A stretch of DNA of 60,708 nucleotides, the filler included, from Dimargaris cristalligena (taxonomy: Eukaryota): assembly GCA_003614675.1 (NCBI GenBank). It is 4 parts of 4 records of this genome, joined end to end, with 100 filler letters (N's around TTAATTAATTAA, not from the genome) between each part and the next. Parts side by side here need not be neighbours in the genome. Positions count along the whole stretch, not along the records: positions 45,631 to 60,708 come from ML002913.1; 3 more parts are not named here. One strand, written 5' to 3'. The position numbers were made by a program, and so were the translations under genes. Position 1 is the stretch's first letter, and each line of letters begins with the position of its first letter. This document shows, piece after piece, positions 51,429-60,708 of the stretch. The notes below the pieces were generated by a model. It was not told the DNA's origin, made no database searches, and saw nothing but the letters and a program-made list of their open reading frames with translations.

Positions 51429-51570
51429 CATGGATAAAATTCAAACCAGCTCTATAAGGTTTTACATAATACATGTATGGGCGAAAATATGTGAGAATGG
51501 CTTTTAACCAGTGATATTGGCCTCATCCAACGGATTTTTCATTATACAGCCTGAATGAACTTCTGCCATA
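51429..51570 (-). mobile_element. MITE-like interspersed repeat, copy 6 (142 bp)
   Basis: ATGGATAAAATTC...TTAACCAGTGATATTGGCCTCATCCAACGGATTTTTCATTATAC...GCCATA. Confidence 0.7.
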
Positions 51571-52524
51571 TCGTTTGTTGATTAGTTTACATTGCACAGC
51601 TCCATGAGGGTATTTAAATAGCCAACTCTCTTCACTTGCCACCGCCCAATTAGCAAAGCCGATTGGGGATGCTAGCCGCGTGACATCAAAATGGTCTTGG
51701 CAAAGCCGGTTCACCGTTATATCTCTTCGAGGTAAAACTATAAGCTAATGAATGGTACATATCTACTACTGCTGATGGCGCTCGTGTTCACAGGGAACTC
51801 CCGGGTTAACGATCAGTTGCGATTTTCCCTCGCTGCCCTGAACTATACGCCTCAAAGCCGGGGCAATGGCCACGCGCCCTATTATCGGATGGATGCAGCT
51901 CTGTGGGGCCCATTTATATACTGGGCCGATTCTGAGGGGGTGCAATGAAAAATGAGGGGAAGAGTGATTTGTCGAGTCATATATATATATATATGCCATA
52001 CATACTTAAATAGGCCAACCACAGTGAGTAAAGTCCCCATACTTTGACATGTAAATCGGACAATCAACTATACTGACGCTATTTTTGACCATGGCCACAC
52101 CACACAGGCCCTGTTTCCCGCTCTTTAGCTTCTTAATAGTTAAAAATAGCCTGTTGCCCAATCTTGCCGCAATCCCGCCTTTCCTAGCATCTTCTATCCC
52201 TTCCTTAATAACTCCACTTGCTCTTGAACCTCTCCGGTTCTTCGTCACGGTGGAGACCCTGTCCGTCGTTTCCTTAGGGTTACACCCGTCTTAGTTTGGA
52301 ACGGCCGCTTGGCAGTCTATTGCCATCACCCCCCGCTTTCTCCGGCCATAATCCCCCTCGCTCGTTTGGTTCCGTTACATTCTATTTTTAAATAACCTAA
52401 AACGCGCGTGTCTCTCTCTTGGCGCTTCTCGGCCGCTACTCTATCGCCCCCTTTTTTTAAATACATATATATCTTCAATATAGTTTGGGCTTTTCCTTCC
52501 AGCCCCCACCGACGCCCTCTCCCT

Positions 52525-54650
52525 ATGGATCCGAAACAAACCCCCCATTCACCCACTGGAAGGTCTAATAACGAAAGGTCTAATCCACCTACGGTAGAAG
52601 CCGCCTCCTCTGAACTAACACCACTACTACTAGCTGCTGGGAGTGGTGGGGGGGTCTCCTCCTCTACCTCTTCACCCGCCTCAGCCAAGCCTCTTCCACC
52701 TGCCCTGGTCACCCCTATTAGCAATGCCGCCCCGACCAGTTCGGCTCCCTCGTCCGCCACGACACCGTCGGCCCGCTCGGCCCGCTCGTCCACCGCAAAA
52801 CTGTTCCCGGCTTTACCCCCTATTATCACCAGCCAAGACGCCTTGCGGACCATGGGCAGCGAACGCGACGGGGACCATGGCCACGGTTCGTCGTCACCTC
52901 AGCGGTCGGCGGGGCCCGTTTACCCGGCCTCGGCAACCACCACGACCGACCACCAACGGCACCAGTACCACCACCACCAGCACCAAGCGACCACCCATAC
53001 TCCCTCTCACCACCAACACCACCATCAACAGCAACCGCCGCCACCGCATGGCGCAAGCTTAGGAAGCGCGCGGCCCTACCCTCACCCTCGGGTCCATAGC
53101 CACCACGCCCGGCCGGACTATTCCGGAACGGGGGGTGGTGGTGCCTTGTCCCCCACTGACTACCAACACCAACCACACCAGCAGCACCATCACCGCTTTT
53201 CGACCGGTGGGTTGAATAGTGCACCGGCTTTTCTACGACCGGCCGCCCCGGCTCCGTGGCATGCCCCTCCCCCACCACCCAGCCAGCCTTCCCAGCAGCA
53301 ACAGCAACCGCAACCCCCGCCGACTCACACCCACAATAGTTCGGCGCAGCCGGAATACCCGTCGAATCATCGGGAACCTCCTCCGCACTATCACCCTGCT
53401 GCTCATGACCAACCTCCCCCACACGGGTTGAATGAAAGTTCCTCGGGCAAGGAACCGATTACCCTGCGCGAGCTCTTGACCGTCTACAAAAATGATCCCG
53501 ATTTGCTGAAGATTATCCTACCCGCCAAGGCGGAAGAAGACAGGGTAAGTATCCCAAAAATAGCCGGCATTACTTCAGTTAACAATGCTATTTCGGAATA
53601 CACTGGAAATGGTTGGATTGTTCTCCCCTCCCTCCTGCTCTCTGGCCATACTTCTGACGAATGCAAAATCCCAACCACACCCAACTAATGCCCTGCTACG
53701 ATTATCTATATCCCCCCCATGTTAACACCAAAAACTATTGTTCTCCTGTTTAGCTTCGGACCGAGGACGTCAGGCGCCAAGTCGAAAGTATCCGGCTTCA
53801 GCATCGGTCGATGGACATCACCTATCTCGATATGCTGAATGACTACACCCATAACCACGGCCATCCACCACCCATGTCATCAACCCCAACCTCACTTCCG
53901 AATCCGAATCCGAATTCAGCGTTCTTTGTTTCCTCTCGCCACCCTTCTTCGACCTACCCCAACGGCCGCCATGTTTCTTCAACCCATCACTATCCCCCGG
54001 CAGCCCACCCGGACACCGCTCCCGTAGGCGGCGGTCCCCGCACCTACGACGTGGGCCATCACTCCCAGCATCATCACTCGCACCAGCCGCCTCTACAGCC
54101 TGTGCCGATGACATCCCACCCTACGCATCACCTAACCCACTCCAGTGGGTCTGGTCCCGCTACCGAACCAACTCCTAATCCCTCGAACGAACGACCCCGA
54201 TACGACAGTTCAGGACATTCCGCCTGGGAGGGATCTAATAACGGTAGCGGCGGTGGCAGCAACGGCAGTAGTTTTGATGCAACAACGACCCACCGCATGT
54301 TAGATTCCACCGGCCCGGGTCCCCGGTCCGCGGCCCCTTCACTAGCCGCCGTCCCGGTACCCATGGGCTCCTCGGCGTCCGCCCGTATCTACTCACCCGG
54401 GGCTTCGCGGGAACCCCCCTATCCCCTTCCCCCGCCGTCCCACTCCCAGGAACCAACGTCATCGTCCAGTCTTCCTTTATATATGCAAGGACCCCGGTCG
54501 GCCATTGTAGCACCGGTGGCGGGCAAGAAACGGAACATGGCCCATGAGCAAGTGATGGAGGCCATGCGTAAGAAACTCAACGCCAACAAACAGGGTCGGC
54601 ACTATTCATCGAACATGGCCCCCTATTCCCCGGCCCGGAGTCCTAAATAA
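52525..54650 (+). CDS. Uncharacterised Pro/His/Ser-rich protein with two short helical blocks; exons 52525 (or 52852)-53544, 53754-54650
   Basis: Two long ORFs joined in frame by a GTAAGT...TTTAG intron, giving LRELLTVYKNDPDLLKIILPAKAEEDR|LRTEDVRRQ; C-terminal KKRNMAHEQVMEAMRKKL. Confidence 0.78.
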
Positions 54651-55665
54651 TAATTCTTAAAAATAGGACGGGCGGGTAAGGGGGGAGGATATGGACGATT
54701 GGGTGTTTTAGTGCGGCTGTAAGTCCGGAATTAATCATTGCACGACGTCGCGTAGAATCTAACCATGCTTTATGTTTGCTTTACCACCGTCAAGTAGCCA
54801 GCGATATCCAGTTATACCGCTGGCCTTTTATCTAAAATCCAACGCGACCACTCTAATCTTAATCGTATTTAATCAATTGGCACCTAATGCCCCCTTTTGC
54901 GGACATTCCCCTCCTCGAGTGTTGAGGTTTATTTACAATCTCCTGATATTATTTTTACCCCCTATTGCTTAATCCTCCGCAGTCTTATTTTTATTATATA
55001 ACAGTATATCCCCATATTATACCCCACGAATACTCCCCCGCCTCTCCATTGGTTCCTATTTTTACGAACTCTTACCTAACATAGCACGGGCCCTTTTTGG
55101 CTGACTTGGCCCTATTCTTTTAGCTTGCACCTTTGCTCTTGCCTTGTATTATATGGATACCCCACTATTTGGGTGCTGGTCGCCGTTTCACCATGATCAA
55201 TAATAATCGCGTTTTCCTAATCAGTTGGGCTGAATCAATGTGGATGGTGGCTTCTGCAGTATCGATTGAAATGTATGAGAGGTGGGCACGCCCCCACTAA
55301 TTGTCGCGTGCTACAATCTTATACACTTCGGTTGGGGTTAAGTAAGAGTTTTAATCGGCACTTGAACCCAAGGGGTTTTTCAGGCAAGTGTAATCTAGGT
55401 CAAAAACTTCCACAGATGGCTTAAAATCCGCACTGATTTAGGGGCTGACCAATTTCGAGATCATCGGGAATTCGGAACATTCTCTTTATAGCAATGGCTT
55501 GTATTTCAACAAATCAGCCGCTATATTAGATTTATATATACATTTCTATATAGAAAAAATGGGTTTATTGGTATAACCTAAACTCTTTGTTATATGAGAA
55601 GGCTCTATAGCATTTCAGTTGGATATTGATGGGATTGGAATATGGGGCGGATAAATAATTATTAT

Positions 55666-56130
55666 TTAGAAAACCCGACACAGCAGAGTACCGTGCAGTC
55701 CCCGCTTAATAGCCTGTTGCAGCTCCAGAATCCCCTCGGGCGTTTCCACCATGATGATTTCACCCGGCCGCAAGGGCTTCACGATGCCGACGGGCCGGCC
55801 GGCGGCCAAGCGCTGCAGCTCACCCATGTGGGCGCTGATTTTACGGGAGGGCTTACTGATGCATTTCATTTCGCGCAGGGTGGGCATTTCGTCCTTGTAT
55901 TTCAAACGCAGCCAGAGTCGACGGGTGGCGATGTTGTCCGGGGTGGTGGGGACATAATCAGGGCCGTCCGGGCCGAGGTGGCTGCCTCGCGTAAGGCTGG
56001 CTACAAACCCTTCGCGGTAGAGAATGCGGGCCAGAGAAAGATTGGTCTTGGATTCGGGAATGCAGGTCTGGCTGAGCCGGGCCTTGAAGGCATTCTGGAG
56101 GTGCGAGCACACGTCGTGGATTCGGGGCAT
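55666..56130 (-). CDS. MRPS8: Mitochondrial ribosomal protein uS8m
   Basis: HDVCSHLQNA, LYREGFV, TPDNIATRRLWLRLKY, ISKPSRKI and final G-x-LLCRV; fungal uS8m pattern. Confidence 0.93.
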   Translation of the reverse strand: MPRIHDVCSHLQNAFKARLSQTCIPESKTNLSLARILYREGFVASLTRGSHLGPDGPDYVPTTPDNIATRRLWLRLKYKDEMPTLREMKCISKPSRKISAHMGELQRLAAGRPVGIVKPLRPGEIIMVETPEGILELQQAIKRGLHGTLLCRVF

Positions 56131-57254
56131 GGTGTGGGAAATGCTAAAAGAGAGAGAGAGAGAGAGAAGAAAGGGGGGAAAGATTCGCTATAGATAATGG
56201 ACCACCTAGGCTTAGGGAAATAGGATAAAGGTGGAGCGGGTAGAATAAAGGTGAGCTCGGTGGATCGTAGTGGAGCTGTGGTGGAGGGAATCCAATTTAC
56301 AGCCAAAACTACGGGAGAAAGGGTAGCAGGATCCTATTGATCTGTGATTCTGTTGAGGCCTGGCTGGACGGGTAATAAGTAAGTAGATCAACAGCCACAA
56401 CTTCAGTTTAGCTGACTAGCATCATCAATACAGACACGCGCACAAGGCTGAGTAAGAGGTATTTCTAATTTGGTGGTATCTGCTGAACCATCTCGGTAGT
56501 GTTTTAGGTGGGGGGCGACCAAAGACATATATATATATATATATAGTGGTACAACTGCATCGCTCCTTACTCCCCCGCCTAGCCATCTCCCAAGAGTTCA
56601 TTGATCTATAAGCGCAACATCCGGCGTTATTCGCGATATTAACGATGCTTATTGACGAAGCAAAGTATTCAGCCTAGGGAAGAGAGGAGAGGGGCAGGCA
56701 TTCCGCACCACCACTGGAATTTGACGGGGTTTGGGGGCATAGACAATCCGTGCCAAATAACCCCCATAGGCATAAGATTAGTAGGGCTAAACATTCCACG
56801 TGATAGGGAAGAGCACAACCACCAGCCCTTCTTTACCATAGAAAAGTGTTGTTACCCATAATATACCGTATTTACCACTAGGCTTGGTAGTTAGTCCTAT
56901 TGGAACGAGCTGGCCCCTCGTCGCGCTGGTGTCGTAAACAACTTGTCTAAATTCGGTAGACAATGCCCCGCATTCCCGTAACTTATGCCATTCGGCTTGT
57001 TTCTAGCCCTGCCTTCATTACTTTACCTTACTTTACTTTTCGCCATAACTCCGCTCTCTCTCCTTTTCTCTGCTTGGTCCTATTCGCAATACACAACTCA
57101 GTCCATTGCTCTCCTTTTTTCTTGAGTTTATATTCATTTTCCTGGACCAGCCCAACGGCTCCAGCATTTATTTATTTCCCTTTTCCAGCCGTCTCATTCT
57201 AAGCATCGTCCCCTTTCCCGCCCTCCCAAGACGAGAGGTGTCCCGGACTAGACG

Positions 57255-59713
57255 ATGCTGGCCTCTTCCAAACACTCCATCCCGTTCGAGTCCCTAACCA
57301 CCGCCGCAGCGGCCCAGACTCCCAACTACTCCAGTTTAATTCAAGACTCGGCTCCTTTTCCATGCACGGCCTTCCAGTTGGCCGCTCTACTTCGCCAACT
57401 TCCCGTTGACCGTCTCCAGCGGTTAACCTGCGAATGGCTCGCCCTAGACCCCCCCGTAGCAATCGCCGGTACTGACCATGTGCCGTACATGCACGCGTCC
57501 CGTATCACCACCAAGCGCAAGCATACGGCCCTTAGTCCAGCCACCAAGCACCGGTCGTCGGACTTGGCCCGAAAGTTCCGTCCCCCAGCCAGTCCGGGCT
57601 CCGACCACAGTGATACGGACGGTCGCAGCGCGGGTAAACGCGCCTTGTTACTAGGGTTACCCCCCCATTCCAGTGCCCCCGTTATTCCCCAACCGCCGTC
57701 GCCACGGCCCCCCTCGTCACCTATACCCACCCGGAATATCGACTGGGATACCCAAGCCCTCCTCGAACACTGGGTCGGCTTTTGGGCCCTGCCCAAAGGT
57801 CGCATAGGTCTAATTGTGGGGGGACTTGCCCTCAACAGACGCTTCAATTATTATCAGTTAGCTCAGCTGGAAACCGAATGTCTGTTCCATGGGGGACGAG
57901 CCCGGCCTAAATGGCGGGCCCATCGGATTAAATTCGAAGGTAAGAAATAGTATAATCGCCGTACCCCGCGCGCGTGGGGGGGGGGGTCTGTAGAGGTACA
58001 TATTCAAATATTAGAGCCTAGTCGCATTTCACCCGGGAGCCTAACGCTTCTTGCCCAATAACCGGTTCATCGAATTGAAAACCTCGGTTTAACGACCATC
58101 TGCTTTACATTATCCCATTTTTGGTGTCGGCAGATACCCCTATTAAAATCCTAAGTGACCGCCACTCAATTCGCAACGCGTTCATCCGACACTATAACCC
58201 TGCCTACGATTGTGTAAGTCACAACAACTCAATACATCGTAACCCCTACCCTGGTGAGGTTACATGCGCTTTTTTTATATAAAAAAATACTAGGTGATGC
58301 TAGTAGATTCAACGGGAGTGGGGGTTCTGCCCTAATTTTCGCTGCATTATAGAGTGCTATTAATTAAATGGGCTATTTTATCCCCCCACCCCGCGCACCA
58401 CTGCTTTTTTGATGATGGCCGCTCATTTCTAACCAAGCTATCCGCGAGAAATCTTAACCCGATTGGTATTTCCCTCCACTTCCATCACACTGTACCTATA
58501 GCACATTTATACATGTAATCTAGACGATTTAATCTTAATGCGCTTATTTTATCGGGACGGACCTTTGATGAAATACAACAAAGGAAGTTCAGCATGGACT
58601 GTATATGTGGCCCACATACCAAACTCCAACCACCTCATCATCAGTTCCACTACCCAACTCATCCAACGCACCTTAACTCAGGTAGGTTCAATTCACTTAC
58701 CCGTTGCCCATATATCCCCGTTTCTTCATAAATCCAGCAATTTGGGTCGAGCTCTCGATTTTCACTAAAGCTCTGCTTCCTGCAAGACTAGTGACATATT
58801 ACCTATATATCCATCCCCTGACCACCGTCTGATCATTATATATATCTATATATATCCCGCCACTATACATATTTACATTATGTGGGCAGACCTTATCCAA
58901 GATTTTTGCCGCTGACGATATTGAACCACAACAGTTGTCCGGTTATAGCTTGACTGGCCTAAAAAACCTAATTCTGGGTCAACAGTCGCACGGTGAACTG
59001 GCGCTCTATCGCGACACCAAGGTCATCGCCCATGATCCCTTGGAACACCCCTCCAAGCGCCAGAATATGTTAGCTTCTCTCCACCTCGACCACAGCGATC
59101 CCACCACCCATTTGTCGACACTAGCAGCCACCCAGAACGGGCGTATCGTAGCCGAAGACCAGAGGGCGCTAGATACCCAGCGGATTCACGCCATTCATGA
59201 ATTAGGCCTAAAAAACCAGACCCAACTCGACTTTTTGGAGGTTCAGGTAAGTCTCCATCCCCTTTTTAATCCGTTGTTTCAGGTCGAATGGGCTTACTGG
59301 TTTTCTTTCAACACCACCCCGTTTTCCTTACCCGGGTATATGTAGACTTGGTTCGTACTATAATGATTCAGGATCTATTATTCCCCATAACAGTCGCGTT
59401 AAAATACTCACCCCCCCCCATTTGGTAATCTATATACGTCTCTTATTTATTTTAGCACACCTCCGATTGGCAACCCGGGCAACCCACCACCGCCACACCC
59501 GTCTCCAATTCAGCCGGTGGCTCCATTCTATCGCTATCCATGACCGTTAAATTCTTCGGAACCGATGTAATGCAGGGCTTTAAAAAACTATCGACCTTGG
59601 GATTCGTCAACGACTCCTTACCCGGCTTTATTCGCCAATCCATGGTCACTGCCACCAATGTTCTGCAAATTACCGGCTCTGTCGACGACCCAAATAACCC
59701 ATTCACCCAATGA
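57255..59713 (+). CDS. CHL4: Centromere protein N (Chl4/Mis15); exons 57255-57939, 58134-58213, 58502-58681, 58890-59246, 59456-59713
   Basis: YQLAQLE...W; VYVAHIPNSNHLII; SLTGLKNLILGQQSHGELALY...DPL; C-terminal VKFFGTDVMQGFKKLSTLGFVNDSLPGFI is typical of CENP-N; all introns are in phase. Confidence 0.8.
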
Positions 59714-60041
59714 AAAAGCACTGCCGATTTAATATATATATGAACCCCCACCATCTTAATTGGGGTTTAAAGTTTTGTAGAACGTAAATTGATCTGCGAT
59801 TGCAGGGAATGTCACATTTTAAATAAATTGCAGTGCATATTAAGTATATATATTCCTGGACAAGGCAGGAACACTGAAAGCTGATTTGTTCGTAAAGCCC
59901 TTGTTGAATATGGCAATAGGTGCCCGGAAAACACATAGCCCCTATAAGTTTCAAATAGCTGGCAATATGAGCACATGCGTTCTCCATAACCGATGATAGT
60001 CGTTTGACCGAATTGGATAAGAACAAAAACGGCCGGGTCGA

Positions 60042-60184
60042 TATTGGAGAGGTTCAACTAGGCTATACAGCACAAAAAATCCGTTAGATGAAGCAAATGT
60101 TACAGATTAACAGCGAATCACCGACTTATTAGCCATACTAATATCAATTAAACCTGTATGCAATTGGGCCGAATATCACCCATA
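60042..60184 (+). mobile_element. MITE-like interspersed repeat, copy 7 (143 bp)
   Basis: TATTGGAGAGGTTCAACTAGG...AAAAAATCCGTTAGATGAAGC...CCGAATATCACCCATA. Confidence 0.65.
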
Positions 60185-60337
60185 TATAAGCACATAGTCC
60201 GGTAGGATAAAATTAACCCTATCATGTTCCAAGTTTAAACCTCAATCATTCGTTGAAAGGGGAAAAAGCTAACGAACTGACTACTTCTGCCTGGTGGAAG
60301 TATTGGGTTGAAAATATCATAAAAGGTAAAATGCACG

Positions 60338-60343
60338 AAAAAA
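60338..60343 (-). terminator. Pol III terminator (T6) of the initiator tRNA-Met gene
   Basis: TTTTTT beginning 8 nt downstream of the tRNA 3' end on the minus strand. Confidence 0.75.
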
Positions 60344-60350
60344 GAGACCC

Positions 60351-60422
60351 TAGCGATGCTACGTTTCGATCGTAGGACCTCAGGGTTATGAGCCCTGCGC
60401 GCTTCCGCTGCGCCACACCGCT
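60351..60422 (-). tRNA. Initiator tRNA-Met (CAT)
   Basis: AGCGGTGTGGCGCAGCGGAAGCGCGCAGGGCTCATAACCCTGAGGTCCTACGATCGAAACGTAGCATCGCTA: A1:U72 pair, GGG/CCC anticodon stem, eukaryotic initiator T-loop GATCGAAA. Confidence 0.97.
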
Positions 60423-60708
60423 TAATATATCTGTTGTGGAGTGGCAGAGTGACTATAATAATAGGCGTGAATGTCTTATAATCAAAGAGATAGTAGAGTC
60501 GAACCTTAAGAATAAATAAGACAACTGTAGGCAAAACTGCCGGTACAGTTCAGAAGAATGAATGAAAAAAGAGATGTTTTATTAAGAGTTGTGATTCTTA
60601 GAGGTATTTATACTGAGGAAGCGGTTGAAGTCCAACCTACGTGGTATTACTGCTTGGATTGATAAATAATGACGAGTTTACGAATATATCTGGCTAATGA
60701 TGATATCA

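Noticed and set aside
57281..57300. GTTCGAGTCC B-box/T-loop-like sequence
   Set aside because: Lies inside CENP-N exon 1 with no cloverleaf or A-box.

Overview
Intron-containing eukaryotic DNA, almost certainly fungal and probably an early-diverging lineage (inferred from the HAL-type kinase, DUF4748, fungal PhoD, a retained CFAP20 and a DIRS-type element). The window joins four ~15.1 kb contigs (1-15124, 15225-30335, 30436-45530, 45631-60708) with artificial N/TTAATTAATTAA/N linkers, so no synteny can be inferred across the gaps. Contig 1: a HAL/NPR-family kinase and ~13.5 kb with no recognisable gene. Contig 2: PhoD phosphatase (3' end broken), DUF4748 protein, a diverged CFAP20/Bug22, mitochondrial Phe-tRNA synthetase, SRP54, and a DIRS/PAT-type retroelement (RT-RNase H-adenine methyltransferase) with direct repeats but no tyrosine recombinase ORF. 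Contig 3: secreted RlpA/expansin-like protein, STE24, two tandem secreted prenylcysteine-oxidase-like genes and a small secreted protein. Contig 4: a secreted Gly/His-rich precursor with repeated Kex2-type sites, a low-complexity protein, MRPS8, CENP-N/Chl4 and initiator tRNA-Met. A 130-143 bp MITE-like repeat with imperfect terminal inverted repeats occurs at least seven times on three contigs. All calls were made by eye from motifs and splice signals; no database search was run.
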